From an uncultured Planctomycetota bacterium (lineage in GTDB: Bacteria; Planctomycetota; Planctomycetia; Isosphaerales; Isosphaeraceae), in the NCBI GenBank assembly GCA_963845755.1, contig CAWJTV010000024.1:1-64000 (forward strand): a stretch of 64,000 nt of DNA, given 5' to 3'. Both the position numbers and the translations under genes were made by a program. This document shows positions 46,650 through 61,123 of this stretch, piece by piece (the stretch's first letter is position 1; each line of letters begins with the position of its first letter). Below the pieces are notes generated by a model. That model had not been told where the DNA came from and searched no databases. It was given only the letters and a program-made list of their open reading frames with translations.

Positions 46650-49646
46650 TCACGACGGCTCGATCGTTTTACCTCCCGGCGTAATCGTGAACTCCGTGGT
46701 CCCGATGAGGGCGCTGCCCGAGGCGCTGGTCACGCCCGGCAAGACCGTGAGCCGGCCGCCCGTCCGGAACGACTGGGTGCCGGCGAGCTCGAGCGTCACC
46801 GAATCGCTCGCAGGCGTGTACGTGACCGTGAATCTCTTGATCGGATGCACGACGCGATCGAGGCCCCTGTTGACCTTCTTGAACGTGACGGTTCTCAGCT
46901 CGTAATTCCCCGGATTCGACACGGCCGCCGCGCCGAGCGGACCGTTGAAGTCGAGCATGAATCCGACCAGGACCGCCTTGCCGACCGGTCTGCCATTCTT
47001 CTTCAGCTTGCGCTGGAAGACAGGCTGCTCGCCGATGATCATCGCGGGAGACGGTGTCGGTGTCGATTGCGGTAGTACGTTGACCTTGGTGGCTTGGCTG
47101 GCCGCCGTGACGGTTATGGAGGTCGTCGTCTGAGCGCCCGCGATGGCACTGTCGGTCACCGTCAAGGTATAGCCGGTGCCGGGCTCGCTCAGAGTCAGGT
47201 CGGAGAAAGTGGCGACGCCGTTGACGACCGTCACTGTCAGGGTCCCGCCCAGGATTGCGTCGCCCGGGTTGTTCCCCAGGGCGACCGTCACGATGCCGCC
47301 GCTGGCCGCATTCCCCAGGCGGTCCTCGACCTCGACGGTCAGGCCGAAGGGACTGCCGGCGACGACACTCGACGGCGGCTCGGTCTTGATCGTCAACTGG
47401 CTGGGGATCTCATAACCGGCGAGATCGGGAACCAGGAGGTTCGCGACCGGCGTGCCCAGCCCGGAGGCCAGGTCGTAGCCGGGTCCGGCGGGGTCGCCGT
47501 TGTTGCCGTAGAGGATGTCGTGGAAATCGGCGGCGGGGAGCGAGTAGAGCGCGGGCAGGGTCTGGGTGTCGCCGGTCAACGGCGTGCCGCCGGCAAGCAC
47601 CCGACCCTGGTCGGCGATCGCGATCAGGCCGGCCCAGATGGGAGAAGCGGCGCTGGTGCCGGCGTCCCCGAGCCAGCCGACCGCCGACGCCGAGACGGAA
47701 GAGCCGCTGAGCGTGCTCGTGAAAACGTCGTATTCCTGGGCGGCCCCGGAATCCATGGAGACGTCGGGCAGCGCGCGGGCATCGTCGGGATCCATGCTGG
47801 TGGGGACGACGCTGCCCTGCCACGCCGGCTCGGGCTCGACGGCGCTCAGGCCACCCCCGCCACCCCCGCTCGTCCCGCTCTGCGTCCCATCGCCCCAGGC
47901 GACTTCACCCGAGGGGCCGGTCCCCGGGTAGTCGCCGGCCGAGTCGATGACGATCGAGGTACCGCCGACGGAAACAATATTGGGCGAGGCGGCCGGATCG
48001 TTCGCAGCGATCTCGTAACTTCCGTCCTCGTAGATCCCGGAATCGCCCGCCGCGGCGAGGAAGGTAACGCCCGGCGTCGTGAAGTCCGAGTCGAGCGACT
48101 GCTCGTCTATCCCCGACGCGGCCACGGATGACTCGGGCTCGCCGTAACTCAGGGTGACGACCGAGACCCCCGGAAGCTTCGAGGCCTGCTGCATCGCTTC
48201 GATCAGGTTTTCAAAGGAAGCCGTCGGGTTGTTGGGCTCGTAGGCCGCATTGTAAACGATGATCGACGCACCGGGCGCGACCGCGTGCGCCCACTCGACG
48301 TCGAGCGAGGCCTCGCCGACGATGGCGTCGTTCTGCGTGGTAACGCCGTCCTGGTCCACGACCTTGAAGCTCGGAGGAGCCGGGATCCCGAAGAACTGGT
48401 CGAAGGTCGTCAGGTCGGCCCCGAGCGTGGGGTCGACCCCCTCCTCGACGATGGCGATCGTCTGGCCGGAACCGTCGCCGGTGACGGTCGTGCCCCCGGG
48501 CCCCGTGAAGCTGATCTGGTTGATCCCGTAAGCGTCCCGAAGCTGCTCGGGGCTGACCTGGCCGCTGAATAGTGACAGCTCGCCAGCGACGGTATACGTA
48601 TCCGAAGCCGCGTCGGTGACCGCAAGATAATTCGTCCCCCCCACGTCCTGGTAGGTGATCCCGGTCGGAATCTCTTCGGAGTCGCCGAGGGGATCGGCGA
48701 GGAAGGCCGTGAGCGCGGAGTTGATGTGCACAACCCCGGGACCACCGCCATAGAGCGACGAGGTCGTCGTGGCCAGGATGAAGTTGTCCTGCGAATCCAC
48801 CGTGATGCCGGCGCTGTCGATGTCGGGGACGCTCGTCAGGCCGAGCGTCGGGACGAACGGCGCGGGGCTGCTTCCCGTGTCGTAGAAGAGGTTGAATCCG
48901 ACGGGCACGTGGATCGCCGTGGTGGAACCCGCGGGTACGTAGGGCATCGTGGTGAGGACCGTCCCCTGCGAGTCGACGGCAACCCCCTCGGGTGAGGCCG
49001 AGCCTCCATCGCCGGCCGGAGAGGCGACCAGGACGGTGGCGACCCCACCCGATGACCCGTAGGTCAGCCGCATCACAAAATCCCAGTTGTTCGACTCGGC
49101 GGCGATCACGAGCGAATTCTGGTAGACGCCGAAATCGCCGTACGTCGCGCCGGTAAGGCTGATCTGGCCGCTGAGATCGACCGGGGCGTCCGTCTGGACG
49201 TCGAAGACTTTCGACGCATTCACCATGTCGTTCGGCAGATCGTCGTACTGGGAGGACGTTCCGCTGACCGGGTTGAAGACGAAGAGTTGACCGTTGGGCT
49301 GGAGCTCGAGGATGTCGCTGGAGCTCTCGATGGAGGGGAGCGAGGCCGACGAACCGACCGCGGTCAAGGCGCCGGGAAACGCGGATGCGCCGGTCGTGCC
49401 GAATACGCTGGCACTGACCAGGAAGCCGTTGGACGCGACCTCGGCGACCGCCTGCTGCTGGCCCGAGGACCGAGTGGTGCTGTCGTAGCTGACGAAGATG
49501 TCACCGGACGTGTCGAACGTGATACCGGCGATCCCCGGAAACGTCAGACTCAGGACCACTCTTTGCTCGAACTGCTGGAGGCACGGACGAAGCTGCCGGC
49601 CGCGTCGATCGCCACGCGGTCCGGGCGTGCGGGGGTGCGAAGCCAT
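46650..49646 (-). CDS. S53 (sedolisin/kumamolisin) family peptidase with planctomycete N-terminal motif and Ig-like C-terminal domains
   Basis: RQLRPCLQQFEQRVVLS; SPEQLRDAYGI; EASLDVEW; AAAGDSG; RALPDVS; GTSAASP; GYDLASGLGTP. Confidence 0.9.
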   Translation of the reverse strand: MASHPRTPGPRGDRRGRQLRPCLQQFEQRVVLSLTFPGIAGITFDTSGDIFVSYDSTTRSSGQQQAVAEVASNGFLVSASVFGTTGASAFPGALTAVGSSASLPSIESSSDILELQPNGQLFVFNPVSGTSSQYDDLPNDMVNASKVFDVQTDAPVDLSGQISLTGATYGDFGVYQNSLVIAAESNNWDFVMRLTYGSSGGVATVLVASPAGDGGSASPEGVAVDSQGTVLTTMPYVPAGSTTAIHVPVGFNLFYDTGSSPAPFVPTLGLTSVPDIDSAGITVDSQDNFILATTTSSLYGGGPGVVHINSALTAFLADPLGDSEEIPTGITYQDVGGTNYLAVTDAASDTYTVAGELSLFSGQVSPEQLRDAYGINQISFTGPGGTTVTGDGSGQTIAIVEEGVDPTLGADLTTFDQFFGIPAPPSFKVVDQDGVTTQNDAIVGEASLDVEWAHAVAPGASIIVYNAAYEPNNPTASFENLIEAMQQASKLPGVSVVTLSYGEPESSVAASGIDEQSLDSDFTTPGVTFLAAAGDSGIYEDGSYEIAANDPAASPNIVSVGGTSIVIDSAGDYPGTGPSGEVAWGDGTQSGTSGGGGGGLSAVEPEPAWQGSVVPTSMDPDDARALPDVSMDSGAAQEYDVFTSTLSGSSVSASAVGWLGDAGTSAASPIWAGLIAIADQGRVLAGGTPLTGDTQTLPALYSLPAADFHDILYGNNGDPAGPGYDLASGLGTPVANLLVPDLAGYEIPSQLTIKTEPPSSVVAGSPFGLTVEVEDRLGNAASGGIVTVALGNNPGDAILGGTLTVTVVNGVATFSDLTLSEPGTGYTLTVTDSAIAGAQTTTSITVTAASQATKVNVLPQSTPTPSPAMIIGEQPVFQRKLKKNGRPVGKAVLVGFMLDFNGPLGAAAVSNPGNYELRTVTFKKVNRGLDRVVHPIKRFTVTYTPASDSVTLELAGTQSFRTGGRLTVLPGVTSASGSALIGTTEFTITPGGKTIEPS

Positions 49647-50192
49647 GGCTGTCTCCTCGGCTCAGAACGCCATAATATCAATCGTGCTTGCAGTCATCAA
49701 GGCGGCGGAGCGAAATTTGGAGGTCCGAGAGCCAGGGAGAGATTTCCAACGGTGGGATCGTTCCAAAGACCTCGATCGGCGGCTTGAGAGTAGGGGCGGT
49801 TCTCCGTGGCCAACCCTGAGATGCCAGCGAGCGACGCTGGCCCGAGCCGTCGCCGGATGCCTGGCCGACCCCCGCGCGGACCGGTACGATCGTCAACCGA
49901 CCGTGCACCCGAGCTAATTTCAACGTTGCGGCATCCTGAATTATAAGACATCTTCTTCCCGAGAGGATCGAAAGTTGCGTGACGAGTTCGACCGACTCCA
50001 AGGAGTACGCTCGACGAGTCCGATGTCGGCTGACTCCTGGGGCGTGGTCGCGATGGAGACGCCTTAGACTTCTCGACGGTGGACGGCTACGATGGACCTC
50101 GAGCAAGAAGGCTGGAGATGCCGCATGCGGACCAGCTACAATTTATTGAACAAATAATCACTTATTCGACCGAAAGACCCAGGATCTCTGCC

Positions 50193-53561
<3,369 letters not shown>

Positions 53562-53563
53562 GG

Positions 53564-54619
53564 TCAGCGGAGTAGCCAGCGCGCCAGGTTGAGATAGAGG
53601 AGGATGGTGATCACGTCCGCCCCAGCCAGGGCGATCGGCCCGGCGGCGACGCGCGGTTCCTTCCGCAGCAACCGTAGCACGAACGGCAGGGCCGTGCCCA
53701 GCACCGCGGCACCGGCGACGCCTCCGGCGATGCCGCCCAGCAGGCAGAGGGCGACCCGCCCCTGGCCGAGCCAGACCAGCGCCACCATGGCAATCACGGA
53801 GCCGGCACCCAAGCCGAGCATCAGGCCCGTGGCCAGCTCGGTCGTCAGCTTCCTCGGGATCATCTTCCACGACGGCGGCTCACCGTGCAGCACCTGCAGC
53901 GCCAGGCTCACTGATTGGCTGCTGACGCTCTCCGCCAGGTTCAGCACCACGGGGATGAAGAACGCCAGCGCGACCACACGCTTCAAGTCTTCCTCGTAGA
54001 TACTGGAGAGGATCGCCGCCAGGATGCCGGCCACGATGTTGCAACCCAGCCAGGGGAAGCGTTGGCGGAAAGCCCGCACCGGCGAATCATCCAGCATCGC
54101 GCCGGCCTGGACGCCGAGGAGCTGGAACAAGTCGTCGCGCACCCTCCCGTCCTTGAGCTCGCTGATCTCGTCGGTGTACAGCTCGACGTCCACCACGCCG
54201 AGCAGGTGCCGCTCCTCATCCACCACGGGGAAAGCCAGGAAGCGGTGCTGGATGAAAAACTCGCACGCCTCCAGCACGGTCGTCCGGGCCGGCAGGGCGA
54301 CCACCTGATGCACCATGATCTCGGCTACTGGCTGTTCGGGCGATGCGAGGAGCAGGCGTCGCGTCGGCACCACGCCTTTGAGGTGGCCGTCCTCGTCCAC
54401 GACATACAGGTAAAGGATCCGCCCCTTCGGCGGGTGCCGGCGCAGGCCGTCCAGCGCCTGACCCACCGACTGACTCGCGAGTATCCGCGCGAAATCCTCG
54501 TGGAGGTGGCGGGCCACCGGGTCGTTCAACGCGGCCTTGGTCAGCGAGGTCGCCACAATAGCGTCTCCTTTCCTGGACCGAGTGTGCGCAGCCGCATCAG
54601 CGGAGTGTTCCTCACCCAT
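53564..54619 (-). CDS. mgtE: MgtE-family magnesium transporter (CBS pair plus TM domain)
   Basis: YLYVVDEDGHLKGVV, FPVVDEERHLLG, RFPWL, LAFFIPVV, P..AAGPIALAGADV. Confidence 0.85.
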   Translation of the reverse strand: MGEEHSADAAAHTRSRKGDAIVATSLTKAALNDPVARHLHEDFARILASQSVGQALDGLRRHPPKGRILYLYVVDEDGHLKGVVPTRRLLLASPEQPVAEIMVHQVVALPARTTVLEACEFFIQHRFLAFPVVDEERHLLGVVDVELYTDEISELKDGRVRDDLFQLLGVQAGAMLDDSPVRAFRQRFPWLGCNIVAGILAAILSSIYEEDLKRVVALAFFIPVVLNLAESVSSQSVSLALQVLHGEPPSWKMIPRKLTTELATGLMLGLGAGSVIAMVALVWLGQGRVALCLLGGIAGGVAGAAVLGTALPFVLRLLRKEPRVAAGPIALAGADVITILLYLNLARWLLR

Positions 54620-55180
54620 GACGCTGACGGGAAACCGACGACGTGTTTCGACGAAGGAGAGACGGCAGGGGCGTCACCAGCCACCGCCGTTGGTGATGAA
54701 GAGCCTGAGGAAGCACGCGTGTTCGGAAGTGGGCTCGAGATTCATCGGACCTCAATCAACCAGGCGGTCACCACGACCCAGGAGTGCCTGTCCCCACGAT
54801 CCACGCTCAATCCGAGTGTGTCGCACCAGAGACGGAATTTATCTTACGACCGAACTGTAGGGCTTGCAAGGAAAACGACAAAGATACATCCCCAGCAAGA
54901 TGGGCGATCTGTTCGGGTTGTGCCGGGGATATTCTCGGCGTGGAAGCCGCCAGGCGGCATGAGACTCTTCGCGATGAAACCAGACTACTCCATACATCAG
55001 GATTAACCAGTCGGACGATCGACCCTCAGTCTTTCCATCTTCCTCAATCGGTAAAGCCACCTGACGTCGGTGTCGATGATCCTTAAAGGGGCTCATAAGC
55101 CCGTTCTCAACCGTGTTAGACGGATCGAGTTCAATCCCCGTTGATGGATCTCCTAGATGAGAGGGCGCGGAGAACACCCG

Positions 55181-56299
55181 ATGATTTCGCGAATGATCCT
55201 GGTCGGCCTGGTCGCCGTTTTAGGTGTGTCACTCCCGAGCCGGTCGGAGTCCGGCGGCTGGTTGACCTCGGCTCACGATTGGGTCATGACCCAGCTTGCC
55301 GAGTGGGACACCTATACCCCCGAAGAAGACGGCTGCTTCATCGTGACGGAGGAACCCGACCCCTTACCACAGGGAGCAACCCAGGCCACGGCGCACGCGA
55401 ACACGACAGCCTCGTTCGCGTTCGACTTCATCCCGGTCGCCAACGATCTCGCCAAGGGGCTCGCCGATGAGCTGAACCGCCTGGCGAAGGGTCTGGACAC
55501 TCTCGCAACGACCAACGCCCTCGCGGAGTCGCCGTCGGATTTCGTGGCGGTTTCCTCGAGCGATTCCATCGAGTTGAAACTCGCAGTCGAACTTCGCCGG
55601 ATCGCCGAGGCATCAGCGAGCGTCGAAACTCTCTCCTCGAAAGCAACTCCCCGGCCTCGGGAAGCCGCCTCAGACCCAGCGATCGACGAGATCTTCGCGG
55701 ACAGCTCGCAAGTGTTCGCGCCGACGGAACTAGGGCGGGTCGCGGCGGTCGAGCCGCTTGTCCCTCAGCCTCGCGAAGCCGGCGCGGACATTGCGATCGA
55801 TGGGCTCTTCGCGGACGTCTCGCAAGTGTTCGCGCCGACAGACCAAGGGACTGCCACGATCGCCCAGCCCGAACCGGCCCCGATCGCAGCCCGACCGATA
55901 ATCGAGCTGGTCCAGCCGCTCCTGGACCTCGAGACGGATATCGCCGCGGAGTTGAATCGATTCGCCGAGGGAATCGCGATCCGTCTCGAGAATGCGTGGC
56001 CACGGCCGGTCCGGATCCGAACGTTCGAGCTGATCAAGGTCCCGGCGGATCTCGAATCGGGGATTGCCTATGAGTTGAATCGGGCATCCGAGGGCCTGGG
56101 AAGCATCCCTCCGGAAGCCCGAAAAGTCGGCGACGCCTTACCCCGGATTCCGGCGAGCGAACCCGTCGCTCATCTCGAGGGCAGCCCCAACCACGGCGAG
56201 GCGAGCATCGGGAAAGCCCTGAGTCTCTCGCGCGATGCCGCCTTTGCCTGGATGAACGTATTGACCGGGATGACACCGGTCACGATGACGTCGCGATAG
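55181..56299 (+). CDS. Secreted hypothetical protein with internal repeats
   Basis: Signal peptide; ELNR-A-G motif three times; two copies of PREA..D.AID..FAD.SQVFAPT. Confidence 0.7.
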   Translation: MISRMILVGLVAVLGVSLPSRSESGGWLTSAHDWVMTQLAEWDTYTPEEDGCFIVTEEPDPLPQGATQATAHANTTASFAFDFIPVANDLAKGLADELNRLAKGLDTLATTNALAESPSDFVAVSSSDSIELKLAVELRRIAEASASVETLSSKATPRPREAASDPAIDEIFADSSQVFAPTELGRVAAVEPLVPQPREAGADIAIDGLFADVSQVFAPTDQGTATIAQPEPAPIAARPIIELVQPLLDLETDIAAELNRFAEGIAIRLENAWPRPVRIRTFELIKVPADLESGIAYELNRASEGLGSIPPEARKVGDALPRIPASEPVAHLEGSPNHGEASIGKALSLSRDAAFAWMNVLTGMTPVTMTSR

Positions 56300-56316
56300 C
56301 CCGTTTTCGAGCGGCG

Positions 56317-56354
56317 AGGGGACTGGCGCCGAGTCTTCGAGGCACCTGTCCCCT
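56317..56354. repeat. REP-like palindrome/terminator between convergent genes
   Basis: AGGGGACTGGCGCC-10N-GGCACCTGTCCCCT (12/14 arm match). Confidence 0.55.
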
Positions 56355-56382
56355 TCCCGTCGCGTCGTCGGGGACGCACGGC

Positions 56383-57861
56383 TTACCCGGAGGACTCCGC
56401 CGTGCGTGCATCCGCTGGCTTCGGCACGACGAAGCTGGCCGCCAACCCGACGGCGAAGACCGTTGATGCGCCGACCAGGGCGAACCAGGGAAAGGCCAGC
56501 CGGGTGCCGAACTTGGCGTAGGTGACGGCGACGACACCGGCAAGCACTCCGATCATCGCCGCCTTCTGACCGACGCGACGGGTGAGGATTCCCAGCAGGA
56601 ACAGCCCCAGCAGGATACCCGAGACGAGTCCGGCGATTGCCAGCGCATTGTTCACCACATTGTCCTCCAGCAGGCGGGCGCCGAAGGCCACGGCGGCCAG
56701 GACGACGCCCCAGACCACCGTCATCACCCGCGAGACGCGCATCAAGTGCCGCTCGTCGCTGCGACCGGTGACCGGCCGGTACAGGTCGTTGACGATCGTC
56801 GAAGCCGCCGAGTTCAACGAACCGGCCAGGGTTCCCATCGCGGCGGAGAAAATGGCCGCGATCACCAGCCCGAGCACGCCAGTCGGCAGGTAGTGGACGA
56901 TGAAGTAGGTAAACACCTGGTCGGAACTGGCCACGCCGGCGCCGGTTGATCCCACACCGACCGAGGGTGGAAAGACCTGGTAGAACACCCAGAGGCTGAC
57001 GCCGATCAGGAGGAAGAAGGCGAACTGGGCCAGGACGATGAAACCGCTGGACACCAGCGCCGTGGCCGCCTGCCGCTGCGAGCGGGCCGAGAGATAGCGC
57101 TGGACCATGAGCTGGTCGGCCCCGTGAGTCGCCGTGTTCAGGACCATGCCGCCGATCAGCCCGGCCCAGAAGGTGTAAGGCTGAGTCAGGTCGGTCGAGA
57201 AGTCCAGGAGCCGGAACTTCCCGTTGGCCTGGGCCGTCTGGAACAACTCGCTCCAGCCGCCGGGGAGCTTGCCGGCCAGGATCATCAAGGCGACCAGCGC
57301 GCCGACGAGATACACGCTGAACTGGATGACGTCGGTCCAGATCACGGCCTTCATCCCTCCGAGGAAGGTGTAGACTACCGTGATCACGGCCACGGCGACG
57401 ATGGCCGCTTGGGGCGGCCAGCCGGTCAGGTGCTCGAGCACGGTCGCCGCCAGGAAGAGACGAAGGCCGTCGCCGAGCGAGCGGGCCACGAGGAACAAGA
57501 GCGAGGCCGTCGTCCGGGTCGGCCCGCCGAACCGGTCCTGCAGTAATTGATAGGCCGTGAAGATCTCTCCGCGAAAGTACGCCGGCAGGAGGATTGTGGC
57601 CACCACTACCCGCCCTAGCAGATAGCCGAACGCCAGTTGCAAGAACCGGAAATCGCCCCCATAAGCCACGCCAGGGACGCTCAGAAACGTGACGATGCTC
57701 GTCTCGGTCGCGACGATCGAGATCATCACGGCCCACGTCGGGATATTGCTCTCGCCGAGGAAATACCCCTTCAAGCCCTGGGATCGCGAGCCCAGCCAGG
57801 CCCCCAGCGCGGTGCATCCGGTGACGTAGACGGCGATCACGGCCAAGTCGATAGGGTTCAT
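56383..57861 (-). CDS. Sodium:solute symporter (probably amino sugar/anhydro-MurNAc uptake)
   Basis: YFLG..IPTWAVMISIVATETS..TFLSVPG, GGMKAVIWTD, GADQLMVQRYL; downstream of anmK. Confidence 0.9.
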   Translation of the reverse strand: MNPIDLAVIAVYVTGCTALGAWLGSRSQGLKGYFLGESNIPTWAVMISIVATETSIVTFLSVPGVAYGGDFRFLQLAFGYLLGRVVVATILLPAYFRGEIFTAYQLLQDRFGGPTRTTASLLFLVARSLGDGLRLFLAATVLEHLTGWPPQAAIVAVAVITVVYTFLGGMKAVIWTDVIQFSVYLVGALVALMILAGKLPGGWSELFQTAQANGKFRLLDFSTDLTQPYTFWAGLIGGMVLNTATHGADQLMVQRYLSARSQRQAATALVSSGFIVLAQFAFFLLIGVSLWVFYQVFPPSVGVGSTGAGVASSDQVFTYFIVHYLPTGVLGLVIAAIFSAAMGTLAGSLNSAASTIVNDLYRPVTGRSDERHLMRVSRVMTVVWGVVLAAVAFGARLLEDNVVNNALAIAGLVSGILLGLFLLGILTRRVGQKAAMIGVLAGVVAVTYAKFGTRLAFPWFALVGASTVFAVGLAASFVVPKPADARTAESSG

Positions 57862-58330
57862 GCTGGCGAGGTCTCTGTTGGCGCCGGGGGAAACTGCCGA
57901 AGCAAGGCGGGCGACTCAAGGATGGTGAGTTGGAGGAACTGCTGGCGAAATCCTTCATCATTCATCAAATCAAGACGGTCTCGATCCCAGGTCACGCGAT
58001 ACAATGCCTGAGAAGCGAGAGCCAGATTGAGGTAACGCTCGTCTTTCGGGTCGCGCTCGAGCTTGGGCACCTCGGGTACGTCGGAGTGCATCACGGCCCG
58101 GCCGAGGACGTCGCGCAGGAACGCCTCAAGCGCTTCATCCGTCAAGGCGGGAAGTTTCCGTCTGACCTTTGGGCGGCTCAGAACGTCGCTGACTTCGGCC
58201 AGGACCTCCGAGCTGATGTGCAGGGCGAGCCTGCAGTTCGAACAAGCTCGTAGCAGGCACAGGCTGGTCCCTTCTTATTGGCCAGTGCCTGGACAAACAC
58301 CTTGCAGTCGAAGACAGCCACAGGCGTCAC
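57858..58330 (-). CDS. PIN-domain toxin (frameshift near 58230)
   Basis: AVFDCKVFVQAL..ISSEVLAEVSDVLSRPK..RDPKDERYLNLA..VTWDRDRLDL; GTGA overlap with the antitoxin and ATGA overlap with the SSS gene. Confidence 0.8.
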
Positions 58331-58590
58331 GACGTCTTGCTCGGCCCACCATGTTTCTCCCGCCAAATGTCCTCCCGCACTTCTTCAACCAGGGCCGCTA
58401 GATCCTCATCGGTCCTCCCGCTCTGCTCGAAGTTGCGACGAACCGGGGCGAGGATGGCATCGAGACTCTCCGCCTGGATATCGCGATCGATCAAGCGATG
58501 GATATCGGGAACAACCTCCTGACCGACCTGGTCCGCTCGCTCGGCAAGCCGCTTCTCTTGCTCGGGACTGAGGCTAATCGTAATGGTCAT
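58327..58590 (-). CDS. Putative antitoxin (RHH-like N-terminus)
   Basis: MTITISLSPEQEKRLAERA; directly upstream of and overlapping the PIN gene. Confidence 0.75.
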   Translation of the reverse strand: MTITISLSPEQEKRLAERADQVGQEVVPDIHRLIDRDIQAESLDAILAPVRRNFEQSGRTDEDLAALVEEVREDIWREKHGGPSKTS

Positions 58591-58646
58591 CTGTCATCTA
58601 GCCGGGGTGCTCGGGTCCAAACCTCTAGGGTATCAACCGGCGGCAA

Positions 58647-59835
58647 CTAAGGAAACGACACCTTGCCGAGCAGCTTGGGCGCCGACGCGCCGGTGACCGG
58701 TGGGAGACATGCGGCCTGACCACGCAGTGTCATATCGGCCAGGACGGCGAAGGCCATCGCCTCGCGGGCGTCGGACGACACGCCGAATTCCTCGGATCGC
58801 CGGATCGGGACTGGAGCAAGGGCCCCGGAGATCCGTTCCATCAGGGCCGGATTCTTCACGCCACCCCCGGCCGCGATGACCTCCTCCACCGGCGGCCCGA
58901 TCTGAGCACACTGATGGAGTCCCAGCGCGATCGTCCGCGCGACGAACTCGGTGAGGGTCGCCATCAGGTCGGCGTCGAAGCCGTCGTGACGCTCGGCCAC
59001 CCGGGCGACGAACGCATCGCCGTACATCTCGAAGCCCGTCGATTTGGGCGGCCGGCGCACGAGGAAGGGATCATGATCCAGCAACTCGGCGAGGAGTGAT
59101 TCGTTGACGCGCCCGGCCTCAGCGAACCGGCCCTCTCGATCGCAGGGCAGTGTGCCGCCGGAGAGCCGGCGCGCCAGCCGGTCGAGCGGGGAATTGGCCG
59201 GCCCGGTGTCGAAACCGAAGACGCGGCGCCGGATCGTCGTCGAGCACGGTCAGATTCGCGATCCCGCCGAGGTTGAGGATGGCCCGCCGGCGCCTCGGCT
59301 CGTCCCGGGCTCGCCCGCCGAAGAGCACGACATCGGCGATCGGTGACAGCGGCGCACCCTCGCCGCCGGCTGCGATGTCGCGGGCCCGGAAGTCGGAGAT
59401 GACATAGCACCCCGTCCGGACTGCGATGATGTCGCCGTCGCCGACCTGGAGCGTTGCACGCAGTGCGCCGGTAACTCCACTGTGATGATAAACCGTCTGG
59501 CCGTGCGAGCCGATCAGGTCGATGTCGTGAGGCGAGAGTCCGGCCTCTGTGAGCGTCGCCAGGCAGGCCGCGGCAAACGCCTCGCCGACCATGACATGCA
59601 GTTCGGCGATGCCACGGACGTCGAGGTCAGCGATACCCATGACCCGGCGCTTGACCCCGGGGTCGTGCGGATGTTCGCGGTAACGGAGCAATTCGACCCC
59701 GACGTCACCCCCCTGCCCCGTCATCCGGCAGACGGCGACATCAATCGAGTCGGCGCTGGTGCCGGACATCAGGCCGACGACGAGGCGTGCGGGCTTATGG
59801 CTGCGTTCGAGGAGATCAGAGAACGGATGGGTCAT
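58647..59835 (-). CDS. anmK: Anhydro-N-acetylmuramic acid kinase (frameshift near 59225)
   Basis: GLMSGTSADSID, IGSHGQTVYH, DFRARDIAAGGEGAPL, LNLGGIANLT, FDTGPAN, PPKSTG, GGGVKN, AREAMAFA. Confidence 0.92.
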
Positions 59836-60519
59836 GACGAATAATCCCCGGTCCTGCTGGCATCGGTCCCCTCTCTCGTCCGTCGCGACGAAAGCGGAGA
59901 GTCCTCGGCGATCCCCACGGCGTCAGGGGGATGGTAGGACCGCCGGCTGGCGGCGCGGATCGTGGCACAAAGTGGCACACTTTATCATAAAATGGGAAAG
60001 TCCTCATCCTCGATCTCGTTGGCCGCAAGCGAGTTCGGGACGACCGCCTGCCGAGTCGGTACGCTCGGGTCTGGCGACCGGCCGTCGGCCGACGGCGACG
60101 GGTTCCGGTATCCTCTGACATCGCTCGATGGCGTCTCGAATGCGGCGGGGAAGTGATCGTTGCGAGCCCTCTAATGAACCCTCTATGATTAGTATGCCTT
60201 AACTTTGGAAATCCTTAAATGCACCTATGCTCGAAATTACGATTTTTATTACCCGAACCCTCAACAGGAGTGGGAATTGGGATTTTTTTCAAGAAAAAAA
60301 TGGCTGTGGACTGCGCGGGACCGCCGGCCTGGCCAGGGGCGGGAAAGCGGCGGACGACGGGGTGATCGGACCCGAGGGCCTCTCGAGGCCCACGCCCAGG
60401 CGGCCGCCGTGACGGGCACGGCCACCGGTGGTCTTCGGCGAGGACTCTCGAAGAGCGACACTTCTCGCGGAACACCACCAGTTTGGTGGACCCACGAGTC
60501 GGATCCCATGGCGACCCTT

Positions 60520-60722
60520 ACGCCGAAGACGTTGCGAGGCCGGCAATCCCGATCGCCCGGCGCTTCACTTCGGGGTAATGCGGATGCTCGCCCTGGGACG
60601 ATTACTCGCGCGCCCGCTACCAGGCGGGCCTGCGCCCACTGCCGGCACGCCAAGGTGTCCGGCCGCGCTCGCGGATGGGTCAACAGCCCCAGGGTTCCCG
60701 TGTCGAGGACGATCAGCCGCAT
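60520..60722 (-). pseudogene. Truncated PIN-domain toxin
   Basis: MRLIVLDTGTLGLLTHP..CRQW..GARVIVP, then the sequence degenerates. Confidence 0.6.
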
Positions 60723-60952
60723 GAGCCAAACCGCGGCCGGTCGGACAGCCGGTCTTCATCGACGACGCGCATGAGATAGTCCAGGGTCTCGTGCTGCTCG
60801 ACATCGTCTCCGATTTCCTCGATGGTTTCGAGGGCAGCCAGGGCGAGCGCGTTCCGCTGACGGATCTCATCCTCGGTGAGTCGGACAGCCTTGCCCCGAT
60901 CATCGAATGATCGCAGGGAGGGCGCGGTCGAGGTGGCCGTTGTCATGGTCAT
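60713..60952 (-). CDS. Putative antitoxin
   Basis: Small acidic ORF with RBS GGAG, ending EQHETLDYLMRVVDEDRLSDRPRF and overlapping the PIN start. Confidence 0.65.
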   Translation of the reverse strand: MTMTTATSTAPSLRSFDDRGKAVRLTEDEIRQRNALALAALETIEEIGDDVEQHETLDYLMRVVDEDRLSDRPRFGSCG

Positions 60953-61090
60953 TGTGTCTTCTCCAGCTCGTGCGAACGATCGTGCCTCCAGCAACCGATT
61001 CTACCACCTGGGTCGGGCAGCGGGCACTTACCCAAAAGCCGTAAGGAATCTGTTCTAGGGCATTGCTCCCCCCGAACCGTGCACTTATAG

Positions 61091-61123
61091 TCACGGAAGG
61101 CGCAAAGATTGCGACTTTCGTGA
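61091..61123. repeat. 33-bp imperfect palindrome, with related copies at 62937-62969 and 43476-43508
   Basis: TCACGGAAGGCGCAA-AGA-TTGCGACTTTCGTGA. Confidence 0.65.

Noticed and set aside
54620..55150. Mg2+ riboswitch upstream of mgtE
   Set aside because: No M-box consensus recognisable by eye; a covariance model search would be needed.
60160..60310. AT-rich patch as an element end
   Set aside because: No partner inverted repeat or TSD was found.
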